Shown: positions 9,428-18,710 of the stretch, in pieces
Layout: each line of letters begins with the position of its first letter
Position numbering within the stretch: the stretch's first letter is position 1
NCBI GenBank assembly: GCA_050506795.1
Contig: JBJHCF010000026.1
Location: 1-64,000, forward strand
Length of the DNA stretch: 64,000 bases
DNA from: Opitutia bacterium
GTDB lineage: Bacteria; Verrucomicrobiota; Verrucomicrobiia; Opitutales; T3Sed10-336
Reading direction: 5' to 3'
Notes under the pieces: generated by a model
What the model saw: the letters and a program-made list of their open reading frames with translations, nothing else
Databases searched by the model: none
What the model was told of the DNA's origin: nothing
Translations under genes and position numbers: made by a program

Positions 9428-10717
9428 TTATCTGTGAGAAATGCCGAAGCCGTAGCTTCCCACCCGGCGGAGTTCGGCCAGGCTGGTAATGCCATCAGCC
9501 GCTTTGGCCATGCCATCCTCCAAAAGGGTTTTGGTGCCGGATTCCCGAATGGCGTGGCGAAGACTCTTTTCGTCGGTGTGCCGGCGGATCAGTTCGTTGG
9601 CCTCTTCATCGACATGCCAGACTTCGAAGATGCCGGTGCGGCGACGGTAGCCCGTGTGACGGCAGTTGTCGCATCCGAATGCGACCCAACTCGTCGATGG
9701 CGCCGTTACCTCCAGGGCTTCCAGCCAACCGCGGTCTTCGGTCGGTGTCGGCTCTTCGCGCTTGCAGTCGGGACAAAGCCGCCGGACCAGCCGCTGGGAT
9801 ATGACCAACTCCAGCGCCGCCGTGATCTCAAAGTCCTGGATCCCCAAATTTCGCAGGGTGGTCACCGCGCCGGCGGCATCGCGGCTGTGGAGGCTACTCA
9901 AGAGTACCCGACCGGTGGAGGATGCGGACAGGGCGGCCTCCGCCGAATCTCGATCTCTCATTTCTCCCACCATGAGGAAGTCCGGGTCCAGCCGCAACAT
10001 GGTCTTGACCGTGTCGCTGAAGGTTATTCCGCGCGCCTCATTGACCTGGATCTGGTTGATACCCTCGATCCGGTATTCCACCGGATCCTCGACGGTGACC
10101 ACGCTGCAATTGAGGCTTTTCAACTGGTGGAGCAGGGCGTAAAGGCTGGTCGTTTTACCGCTGCCGGTGGCGCCGGTCACCAATACCATGCCGGACATGC
10201 TTTCCAGCCATCGGTCGATTTCTTCCTTTTGGAGGTGGTTCAGCCCGAGTTCCTCCAGCGTGTACCGTATCCGGCGGGGATCGAGAAGGCGCACCGACAT
10301 TTTTTCTCCCTGCACGGTCGGCGCACAGGTGACCCGCAGATTCACTTCCGCGTCGTCGAGATCGTACAGGGTTCCTCCCGACGCCGGACGCAACAGAGGC
10401 GTCGGATCCAGGTCGACCAGCGCTTTTATGTGACCGAGGAACTGAGCGCCGTGCTGGCGGGGGATCAGGGCGACATCGCGGAGCACGCCGTCGATGCGGA
10501 AGCGGATGCAGAGCGTACCGTTTTCCGGATCGACGTGGATATCGGTGGCCCGCTCATCCCTGGCGTCCTGGAACAGGCGGTGCACCAGTTGAGGAATGGA
10601 TTCGAGGTCCGGGAGAGATTCGTCCGGCGAAGGGATATTCCTCAGCAACGACTGAAGACGCTGGGCGAAATCAACCTTAAGGGGACGCACGCGATCGTGG
10701 GTGGCCGTATGATTCAT
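9428..10717 (-). CDS. GspE/PulE/PilB-family secretion ATPase (short, orphan)
   Basis: ATDIHVDP, RFRIDGVL, Walker A GATGSGKTT, TVEDPVEY, Walker B LMVGEMRD, CPDC..CDNC zinc motif; ATG 10717 preferred over TTG 10723. Confidence 0.92.
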   Translation of the reverse strand: MNHTATHDRVRPLKVDFAQRLQSLLRNIPSPDESLPDLESIPQLVHRLFQDARDERATDIHVDPENGTLCIRFRIDGVLRDVALIPRQHGAQFLGHIKALVDLDPTPLLRPASGGTLYDLDDAEVNLRVTCAPTVQGEKMSVRLLDPRRIRYTLEELGLNHLQKEEIDRWLESMSGMVLVTGATGSGKTTSLYALLHQLKSLNCSVVTVEDPVEYRIEGINQIQVNEARGITFSDTVKTMLRLDPDFLMVGEMRDRDSAEAALSASSTGRVLLSSLHSRDAAGAVTTLRNLGIQDFEITAALELVISQRLVRRLCPDCKREEPTPTEDRGWLEALEVTAPSTSWVAFGCDNCRHTGYRRRTGIFEVWHVDEEANELIRRHTDEKSLRHAIRESGTKTLLEDGMAKAADGITSLAELRRVGSYGFGISHR

Positions 10718-10869
10718 TTTCAATAAACTTTATTAAGGGTTGTTCAGAATAGCGTCAAAACAGGCATTCGTCCAGACCGGGATTCCACGATCGTGATTCC
10801 TGGCGGCCACGGGTTGATTCTCAAGGTTCGGCGCTTGAGAAATTTTCCGCCGGCTCCAGTGTGGTTTGC

Positions 10870-12576
10870 ATGTTGCAAAAACCCTCCAAAGACGTCGGCG
10901 TCCTGCCTCCCATTCCCAAACTACCTGTGCCGTCCACGGAAAACAGTGTTCCGTTGGGGGACTCAAAGGCGGCTTTCGAAGTCCGGCTGGATTTCCCGAT
11001 CGCCTCCGGCCCGTTCCAGCCCACATGGGAATCCATCGAATCAAACTATCCTGGAACGCCGGAATGGCTGCGGGAGGCCAAATTCGGCATCTGGGTGCAT
11101 TTCGGACCGCAATCGGCGGGGGAAAGCGGAGACTGGTACGCCCGGCACCTGTATAAGCAGGGGCATCACGCCTACCTGAATCACCTCGAAAAGTACGGTC
11201 ATCCTTCGGAAGCAGGCTATATGGAAGTTTTGCGTGACTGGGATCCGGAAAATCTCGATCCGGTGGCCCTGACCAAAATCTATCGCGATGCCGGCGCCCG
11301 TTTTCTCCTGGTCCAGGGAGTGCATCACGACAATTTCGACCTTTGGGACTCGACGTTTCAGCCCTGGAACTCCGTGCGTCTGGGGCCGCGGCGGGACCTG
11401 GTGGGAGAGTGGGCCGCAGCGGCCCGTGCGGCCGGAATGCGTTACGGGGTGACTTTTCATCACGAATACACCTGGTGGTGGTGGCAGACCGCCTTCGGGG
11501 CGGATGCGGACGGCGAACGGGCGGGCGTTCCCTACGACGGACACCTGACGCTGAACGATGGCGTCGGGAGGTGGTGGGAGGGACTGGATCCTCGTCTTCT
11601 TTACACCGTGGACCTGCGGGAGTACCAGGGGGTGACCGAAGCCGCTCACGCTCTGTTTACACCGGCGCCAGCGGGCATTTTTTCCCGCCACACCGAATAC
11701 GCTAAGTGGTATGCGACCTGGTGGGCTTTGCGTATGGTCGATGTGATCGATCGGTATGGACCCGATTTTATTTACACCGACGGCACCGGGGATCAGCCTT
11801 TCAGCGGCTTCGACACCGGGACGGGTTTGAAGTGCGACGCCATGCAGCGCGTTATGGCTCATTATTACAATCAACGACTGCGGGACCGTGGCGAGGTGGA
11901 TGTTTTCAGCATCGTGAAATTCCGTCCGCGGACCAACGGCACCGTGACCACGGAGGAATTCGGTATTCCGGCCGGGATCAAGACCGATCAGCCCTGGGTG
12001 GCGGAGGTTCCGGTGGGAGACTGGTTCTACGAACCCGGGTTCACCTATGATTCGGGAATGTTGATTCGGTACATCGTCGAGGCCGCTTCACGCGATGGAT
12101 GCGCGGCGATCTGTGTGTCGCCCAGGGCCGATGGATCCCTGGATGAAGGCAGCCGGCGCATGCTTCGCGAAGTGGGAGAGTGGATACGGAAAAACGGTGG
12201 GGGCATCTACGGCAGTCGTGCCTGGAAGCGGATGGGCGAAGGCGACCAGGTGAAGGGAAAACTGAAAATGCTGCCGGGAGGGAAGCTCGGACGCGAACAT
12301 GCCGAGTTCGCCTTCAGCACCCGGGATTTTCGCTTTACCGAGGGCAAGGACGGGGCGGTGTATGTCTATTGCTTGGGCGTCCCGGAGCCGGGTGAACAAC
12401 TGAAAATCGGATCGTTGGGAACGGATTCCGGTCTTCTCGACCGCCGGGTGAGAAGAGTGACCGCGTTGGGGCGCGAGGACCAATCCCTGGAATGGCACCA
12501 GGGAGCGGGCGAGTTGGTCATCGTATTTCCTCGTGACGGGTCGTATCTTCCGGTTCCGGGTTTTCGCGTGGAGTGA
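10870..12576 (+). CDS. Alpha-L-fucosidase (GH29)
   Basis: PTWESI, PEWLREAKFGIWVHFGPQ, HHDNFDLWDS, GGIYGSRAW; exact start uncertain. Confidence 0.88.
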   Translation: MLQKPSKDVGVLPPIPKLPVPSTENSVPLGDSKAAFEVRLDFPIASGPFQPTWESIESNYPGTPEWLREAKFGIWVHFGPQSAGESGDWYARHLYKQGHHAYLNHLEKYGHPSEAGYMEVLRDWDPENLDPVALTKIYRDAGARFLLVQGVHHDNFDLWDSTFQPWNSVRLGPRRDLVGEWAAAARAAGMRYGVTFHHEYTWWWWQTAFGADADGERAGVPYDGHLTLNDGVGRWWEGLDPRLLYTVDLREYQGVTEAAHALFTPAPAGIFSRHTEYAKWYATWWALRMVDVIDRYGPDFIYTDGTGDQPFSGFDTGTGLKCDAMQRVMAHYYNQRLRDRGEVDVFSIVKFRPRTNGTVTTEEFGIPAGIKTDQPWVAEVPVGDWFYEPGFTYDSGMLIRYIVEAASRDGCAAICVSPRADGSLDEGSRRMLREVGEWIRKNGGGIYGSRAWKRMGEGDQVKGKLKMLPGGKLGREHAEFAFSTRDFRFTEGKDGAVYVYCLGVPEPGEQLKIGSLGTDSGLLDRRVRRVTALGREDQSLEWHQGAGELVIVFPRDGSYLPVPGFRVE

Positions 12577-12655
12577 CCTGTCCCACTGTCGGCTCTCTTT
12601 TTCGTGTTATTGCCATGGCCGTGACGCCGGTTTTACGTTAGGGTTTTCTTATTGC

Positions 12656-14497
12656 ATGGACCGAAATCGGAATACAAAGGAAATGCCGCGTGGCGAGGGT
12701 ACCGGAGAAACAACCTGTGTCCTGTGGCTGTTCGATGCGAGTCATCGGGTGGTCCTGGTCCGGCGTCGACCGGAGCCGGGTGAACGGGCGATGCCGTTGT
12801 GGGACCTGCCTTGGGTCGGGTCTCCGGGATTCGGGGATCTCCGGGAGACAGTCGCTGTCGATTGGGGGCTGAATGTGGAGAACCTCGGGACCGCCGAAAG
12901 AATCGTGACTTTGCCGCTGCCCGAGACGGAAGGTCGCGGCGGGGCCGCCCGGGCGGAAATGTGGTTCGCCCAGTTTCTGGATTCGGCGGGTGAAGTCGGA
13001 AATACGAATGATGACGATTCGGTGGGTCGGTTTACCGTCCAAGGGCTAAGGCGGTCGTTGGAGGAGAATCCATCGGAGTTCTCACCCCTGGTGAGGGAAC
13101 TCCTTCCGCGGATCCGGCCTCACCTGATTCGGGTGCCCTATCTTGGCATGCGGGAAAATGAATACATCTACCGTTTTCGCACCGAGAAGCAGCGCAACCG
13201 TTCCATCTATCACATTGACGACCGGTCGGGCGCAATTTACCAGAGCCGGCTTTGTGAAGCGATCAAGGCGGTGAAACGCCGCAGCGAGCGTTCGGCGGAG
13301 ACGCCGGCCCGGCTGGATTTTGGTCCGGTGGCCTACGTGCTGCCGAGTCATTTCGGGTTTTGTCTCGGTGTGCAAAACGCCATCGAGCGCGCCTACGAAT
13401 GCCTGGCGGAAAACCCGGGTCGCCGGGTGTTCATGCTGAGTGAGCTTATTCACAACCCGTTCGTCAACGAGGACCTGCTCCGGCGCGGATTGAAGTACCT
13501 TCAATCCGATCGTGGTGAACCGCAGGTGAATCCGGAAACCGGTTGTCGGTATTGGGACGAGGTCGGCCCGAACGACGTGGTGATCATCCCGGCCTTTGGC
13601 GCCACCAACGAGGACAAGTTGCGTCTAATTGAAAAGGGCGTGACCATCAATCGCTACGATGCCACCTGCATGTTGGTGGAAAAGGTCTGGAAAGCGGCCC
13701 GCCGATTTGCCGCCGACGGTTACACGGTAATCATTCACGGCAAAAGCGAGCACGAGGAAACCAAAGCCACTTTTTCCAACAGCGCAGCCTCAGGGCCGAG
13801 CCTGATCGTGCGCAACCTGGAAGAAGCCCGCAGGCTGGGTGACATTATCCTGACCAACGATCCGGCGCGACGCCGGGAACGGTTTTCCTATTTCGAAGGC
13901 AAACACACGCCGGGTTTTTTGCCAGAGCGCGACCTCGATCGCGTCGCAGTGGTCAATCAGACGACCCTGCTGCGAAACGAAACGCTGGCCATCATCGATC
14001 ACCTGGAATCCGTCTTTGCGCGGAAACACGGATCTGAAGGGGTGCGCCAACACCTGCACTCCGGCAGCAAGGGGGACACGCTCTGTTACGCCACGCAAGT
14101 GAATCAGGATTCGCTGGAACGGGCTCTCGCTCACGGCCTCGACGCGGCGGTGGTCGTGGGGGGGCGCAACAGCTCAAACACTTTTCAGCTTTTCCGTATG
14201 TGTGAAGCGCGGTTGGGTGCATCCGCCTTTTATGTGCAGTCCGAAGAGAACCTCCTTTCAAGTGAACGGGTGAATCACTACCGCATCCCCTCCAAACCGG
14301 GAGATACCGGCTCCCTTGAGGAACGTCCTTTTCTGCCGGAAAAACGGCCCCTCCGCATCCTGGTAACCGGAGGCGCGTCCTGTCCGGACGGTCTTATCCA
14401 ACAGGTGATTACCCGCATCAACAGCTTTTTTCCCGCCGAATCCCTCCGGCGCATCGAGCAGGTTGCCGAGGCGATCGAAAGCGAGGATGGGGCGTAG
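12656..14497 (+). CDS. ispH: 4-hydroxy-3-methylbut-2-enyl diphosphate reductase with N-terminal degenerate NUDIX/IDI-like domain
   Basis: GFCLGV, ELIHNP, IPAFG, DATC, QTT, DTLCYATQ, GGRNSSNT, GASCP; ~155-aa extra N-terminal domain. Confidence 0.9.
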   Translation: MDRNRNTKEMPRGEGTGETTCVLWLFDASHRVVLVRRRPEPGERAMPLWDLPWVGSPGFGDLRETVAVDWGLNVENLGTAERIVTLPLPETEGRGGAARAEMWFAQFLDSAGEVGNTNDDDSVGRFTVQGLRRSLEENPSEFSPLVRELLPRIRPHLIRVPYLGMRENEYIYRFRTEKQRNRSIYHIDDRSGAIYQSRLCEAIKAVKRRSERSAETPARLDFGPVAYVLPSHFGFCLGVQNAIERAYECLAENPGRRVFMLSELIHNPFVNEDLLRRGLKYLQSDRGEPQVNPETGCRYWDEVGPNDVVIIPAFGATNEDKLRLIEKGVTINRYDATCMLVEKVWKAARRFAADGYTVIIHGKSEHEETKATFSNSAASGPSLIVRNLEEARRLGDIILTNDPARRRERFSYFEGKHTPGFLPERDLDRVAVVNQTTLLRNETLAIIDHLESVFARKHGSEGVRQHLHSGSKGDTLCYATQVNQDSLERALAHGLDAAVVVGGRNSSNTFQLFRMCEARLGASAFYVQSEENLLSSERVNHYRIPSKPGDTGSLEERPFLPEKRPLRILVTGGASCPDGLIQQVITRINSFFPAESLRRIEQVAEAIESEDGA

Positions 14498-14538
14498 TCC
14501 GGCCGCGTTCTGTTTCGGCTAACGTCTTGATACCGCCT

Positions 14539-15657
14539 ATGTCCGTTCGTTTCATTCACACCGCCGACTGGCAGATCGGCATGAAAGCCGCCGGACTTGG
14601 AACGGCGGCGACAACGGTTCGCGACGCCCGGATCCAATCGATCGAACGCATCCTCGAACTCGCGGATGACCGGGGCGTCGACTTCCTGCTGATTACCGGA
14701 GACCTTTTTGAGGACAACGCGGTCGATCGCCTCCTCATCCGAAAAGTCGGCGATCTGCTCGCAAGGTTCTCCCGGCCGGTGTTCATAATCCCCGGCAACC
14801 ATGACCCCCTCGTTCCGGGAAGTGTCTGGGAACACCCGGTCTGGGCGGAAGCGAGTAATATCACCGTCGCGGCAAGAGCGGAACCCATCGAACTCGATCG
14901 CTGTGTGCTCTATCCCTGTCCGCTGAAGGAAAAGTACTCCACCCAGGATCCGACTTCCTGGATCGATGCCCGACAGTCGGAAAAAATCGCGATCGGACTG
15001 GCGCATGGAAACGTGGAAGGTCTGCCGGAAACGGAGCCCGATTACCCGATTCCGCGCGATGCCTCCCGGCGCCGAGGGTTGGATTACCTGGCGGTCGGAC
15101 ATTGGCATTCCCATGTGCCGTATCCGGAGGCCGACGGTTCGGTCCGCCTGGCTTACTCCGGCACTCATGAAACCTCGAAGTTCGGGGAGCGCGACAGTGG
15201 CAACCTGCTTGTGGTCGAGATTCCCGCGCGCGGCGCGACTCCGGTGATCGAATGTATTCCCACCGGCTCGTTACGCTGGATGTCGTTGAGGCATGCGGTC
15301 AATGAGGAAGGCAGTCTGGAAGACGTGCTCCGGGAGGTGCGGGCGATCGAGAATCCCGAAACGGTCTTGCTGCGGTTGTCGCTTTCCGGACTCCTTTTCA
15401 CTTCGGATCGTCCCCGGCTATCATCGCTCAGGGAGATTGTCGGCGCCCGTTTCCTGTTCGGTGCGGTCGAGGACGAAGGGTTGATTCCGGCGCCCGAAGA
15501 CGATGCCTGGATCGAAACGCTGCCCGGCGGACCGCTTCGCGAGGCGGCGGTGCGGTTGCGGCAACAGGCGGTTTCCGGAACCGACGAACAGTCGCGAACA
15601 GTGGCCGCGCGGGCATTAATCGAACTTTTCGACCTCAAGGAGCAATCGGGAACATGA
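14539..15657 (+). CDS. Mre11/SbcD/YhaO-like metallophosphoesterase nuclease
   Basis: HTADWQIG, GDLFE, PGNHD, AHG, GHWH, YSGT motifs. Confidence 0.9.
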   Translation: MSVRFIHTADWQIGMKAAGLGTAATTVRDARIQSIERILELADDRGVDFLLITGDLFEDNAVDRLLIRKVGDLLARFSRPVFIIPGNHDPLVPGSVWEHPVWAEASNITVAARAEPIELDRCVLYPCPLKEKYSTQDPTSWIDARQSEKIAIGLAHGNVEGLPETEPDYPIPRDASRRRGLDYLAVGHWHSHVPYPEADGSVRLAYSGTHETSKFGERDSGNLLVVEIPARGATPVIECIPTGSLRWMSLRHAVNEEGSLEDVLREVRAIENPETVLLRLSLSGLLFTSDRPRLSSLREIVGARFLFGAVEDEGLIPAPEDDAWIETLPGGPLREAAVRLRQQAVSGTDEQSRTVAARALIELFDLKEQSGT

Positions 15658-18344
15658 TCGTAAAACGTATAGGCGTCGCCAACTGGCGCGGTTTCCTCGA
15701 TCCCATAGAGCTGGGTCCCTTTTCGGAAAAATTGAATGTGATTCATGCTCCCAACGGAACCGGAAAATCTTCACTCTTCGAGGCCATGCGCCGGGCGCTG
15801 TTTGATGTTCACCATGTCGGCGGCGCCGAAATCGAGGCGATTCGCCCCTGGGGCCGAAAACTTTCGCCATCGGTATTTGTCGAGTTCTCCGAGGACGGAA
15901 AAAACTACCGGGTGGAAAAAACGTTTATCGACGGCGCGTCGGCGAAACTGTTCCGGGAGGAGGACGGGCGGTTTCAGCCGATTGCCGACGGGCGCAATGC
16001 CGACAGCCTCCTGCGTGAAATCCTGTCCGCGGATCCCCCCGGCCGGGGGCTGTCGCGGCAGGAGCATTGGGGGCTCGGTCAGATTCTCTGGGCGCCGCAA
16101 GGGGAGTTGGCTCTCAAGCAGATTTCCGGAGGAGTGGGGGAGAGTCTGCGATCCGCTTTGGGGATGGAGGTTTCCGGCGTCAGCGGCAGTCGCCTGGAAG
16201 AGCTGGTTGAAGCCCGCTTTCTGGAGTTTTTCACTCGCGGTGGCACCCCGAAGAAGGGAAAGAACGCCGCGCCGATCACCGCCTGGCAGGAAAAAAGGGA
16301 AACCCTGGAACAGGAGTTGGTGGACCTGCAGGAGGAGCACCGGCGGTACGAAGAAGCCTCCCGCCAGGTTGACGATGCCCGCAACCGGCGCGAACAGGCG
16401 CGTCGCGAAGCGGACGCGCTGCGCGAGTCTGTTGCCGGGTTGCGGAAGGCGGCGGAAGAGTACGTCCGGCTGAAGAACGAACAGGCGCGGAAAAGGGAAA
16501 TCGCGGAAATCGCCCGGGAACGGTACGAGTCGATCGGCAGAACCCTGACCGAAATCAAGGCAACGAGGGAAACGATCGAGGGTCTGGAGAAAACCGTCGC
16601 CACCTTGTCCGGACAGAACGAGCAGGCCAAGGCCGATGTCGCGGCGGCGAAAGCATCGCTGGAAAAACAGCGCACCGCTCGCGAAGCCGCGCGCCGACGG
16701 CGCGATCAAATCACAGGACAACAAAAAACAATCGATGCCGCCCGGGATTACCACACTTGTCGCGACGAGCTGACCAAGCTCGACCAGCGCCTGGAGCGGC
16801 TGGGTGAACACGAAACCGAATTCGCGCGAGTTAAAAAAGAGCGCGCCGAAATGATCTCACCGGATCCCGAAAAAATCCGGGAACTGCGCCGGCGCCTGGG
16901 TGAAAGGACCGCCGCCCGCGCCGCCCTGGCCGCTTCGCAGGTCCATCTCACGGTGACTCCCCATAAGGATTGTGAACTGGAGAACCTCACGGACGCCAGC
17001 AAGCACACGATCAAAGGCGGTTCTCCCGCCGTTTTTTCCGGCGACGAAGTAATTGAAGTGCTGATACGTGAGTTTGGCACCGTTCGCGCCTCCGGACCCG
17101 AGGGAGGCGCCGACGCCCACCGCGCGGACCTCGAAGCCGCCGAAACCAGGATTAAAGCGCTCAGCCAGCCTTTCGGCAGTGACGATCCGGACTATCTGCA
17201 GAAGCGCCGTGAGGAAGCGGACGCCCTCGACCAACAAATTACCGCCCTGCGGAAACAGATCGAGATGGTGTTGGACGGCGACGAGCGCGATTCTCTGGTA
17301 GGAAGGCGGAAAGAGCTCGAGGCCAGGATCGACGACTTCGAGCGGCAATATCCCGACTGGCGAACCGAACCGCCGGTTGTCGGTCAGTTACAAACGGAAT
17401 TCGAAAACCTCTGTCGTGACATCAACGAATCGGTGGCGAGCGCGGAGGACGCCTTTGAGAGAAGTCAAAACGACCACGCCGCGGCGGAAAAACGCCAGGT
17501 GGAACTCCAGGGCATGCTGAAGGCGGGGCAGGGGAACCTGGAGACCGCCGGAAAACGTCTGGCCGTTTTGATTGGCGACGGGCTATCGGATAGTGACCGC
17601 GGCAAAAAACGTTCCGAAGCACTTATGGCCTGGCAGGCGGCGAAAGCAGGGGTGGAAGCGGCCGAATCCGAACTCAAGTCCATCCCAGGTGATCCGGCGC
17701 GGGAGTTGGAAAAACTCGAGAAGCAGCGTCAGGCTATGGAGGAGGAAGTCGCCAACTCCCGGGACCAGGAGAAGGGCGCGGAGGGCCGCCTTCAGGCCCT
17801 GGCAGCACGGGGGACCTATTCCCGATTGACGGCCTGCGAAGAAAGCCTGGCGGAGGTCGCCGACCGCGTTCGCCGGGAAACCCTGAGAATGGAGGCGGTC
17901 AGACTCCTGTACGAGACCGTTCGCGATGCCAAGGGAACGCTGCTGGCCCGCGTCACCGCACCGGTGGAAGAAAGCGCTTCCCGCATGTTGGCCCGCGTCG
18001 CGGGACCGCGCCTGGGAAGACCGGTTTTCAATCAGGACTTTGTGCCCGATGCGATCAACCCCGAAATTTCGTCCGGACCGGTGAACCTGCAGAACCTTTC
18101 CGGCGGCGAGCAGGAGCAACTGCACCTCATCGCCCGCCTGGCCCTGGCCGACCTCCTGGCAAAAGAACAACGACAACTGGTGGTCTTGGATGACGTTCTG
18201 AACGCGACCGATTCCGGCCGGCTCAGGCGGCTCCTATCCTTGCTGGAAGAGATCTCCGAACGCCTCCAAATCATCATCCTCACCTGCCATCCGGAACGCT
18301 ACCGCGCCCTGGAAGGAGCGGAATTCTTCACTCTTACCCGCTAA
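15654..18344 (+). CDS. Rad50/SbcC/YhaN-like SMC ATPase
   Basis: Walker A APNGTGKS, long coiled coil, signature LSGGE, Walker B LVVLDD, TCH; ATGA overlap with the nuclease gene. Confidence 0.9.
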   Translation: MIVKRIGVANWRGFLDPIELGPFSEKLNVIHAPNGTGKSSLFEAMRRALFDVHHVGGAEIEAIRPWGRKLSPSVFVEFSEDGKNYRVEKTFIDGASAKLFREEDGRFQPIADGRNADSLLREILSADPPGRGLSRQEHWGLGQILWAPQGELALKQISGGVGESLRSALGMEVSGVSGSRLEELVEARFLEFFTRGGTPKKGKNAAPITAWQEKRETLEQELVDLQEEHRRYEEASRQVDDARNRREQARREADALRESVAGLRKAAEEYVRLKNEQARKREIAEIARERYESIGRTLTEIKATRETIEGLEKTVATLSGQNEQAKADVAAAKASLEKQRTAREAARRRRDQITGQQKTIDAARDYHTCRDELTKLDQRLERLGEHETEFARVKKERAEMISPDPEKIRELRRRLGERTAARAALAASQVHLTVTPHKDCELENLTDASKHTIKGGSPAVFSGDEVIEVLIREFGTVRASGPEGGADAHRADLEAAETRIKALSQPFGSDDPDYLQKRREEADALDQQITALRKQIEMVLDGDERDSLVGRRKELEARIDDFERQYPDWRTEPPVVGQLQTEFENLCRDINESVASAEDAFERSQNDHAAAEKRQVELQGMLKAGQGNLETAGKRLAVLIGDGLSDSDRGKKRSEALMAWQAAKAGVEAAESELKSIPGDPARELEKLEKQRQAMEEEVANSRDQEKGAEGRLQALAARGTYSRLTACEESLAEVADRVRRETLRMEAVRLLYETVRDAKGTLLARVTAPVEESASRMLARVAGPRLGRPVFNQDFVPDAINPEISSGPVNLQNLSGGEQEQLHLIARLALADLLAKEQRQLVVLDDVLNATDSGRLRRLLSLLEEISERLQIIILTCHPERYRALEGAEFFTLTR

Positions 18345-18350
18345 CCGAAA

Positions 18351-18704
18351 ATGGAGATGAAAAATCATATATTCGACATGAAGTTTGCCAAAGTTTATCC
18401 GCTATATGTGCAAAAAGCGGAACGCAAGAGCCGTACTAAAGAGGAAGTCGATAAGGTCATTTGTTGGTTGACCGGCTATGATCCGGCAGGGTTACAGAAG
18501 CAGATCGAACGGGGCAACGATTTCAAAACGTTCTTTTCCCTGGCTCCGGCCATGAATCCGAATTGTTCGCTTATCAAAGGCGTTGTGTGTGGTGTTCGCG
18601 TGGAAGAAATCGACGACGCACTGATGCGAAACATTCGTTATTTGGACAAGTTGATCGATGAGCTGGCGAAGGGGAAGCCCATGGAAAAGGTTCTTCGGAA
18701 ATGA
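18351..18704 (+). CDS. DUF2200 family protein
   Basis: [15 protein letters not shown]...VICWLTGY...[11 protein letters not shown]...[15 protein letters not shown]. Confidence 0.88.
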   Translation: MEMKNHIFDMKFAKVYPLYVQKAERKSRTKEEVDKVICWLTGYDPAGLQKQIERGNDFKTFFSLAPAMNPNCSLIKGVVCGVRVEEIDDALMRNIRYLDKLIDELAKGKPMEKVLRK

Positions 18705-18710
18705 GCCTGA

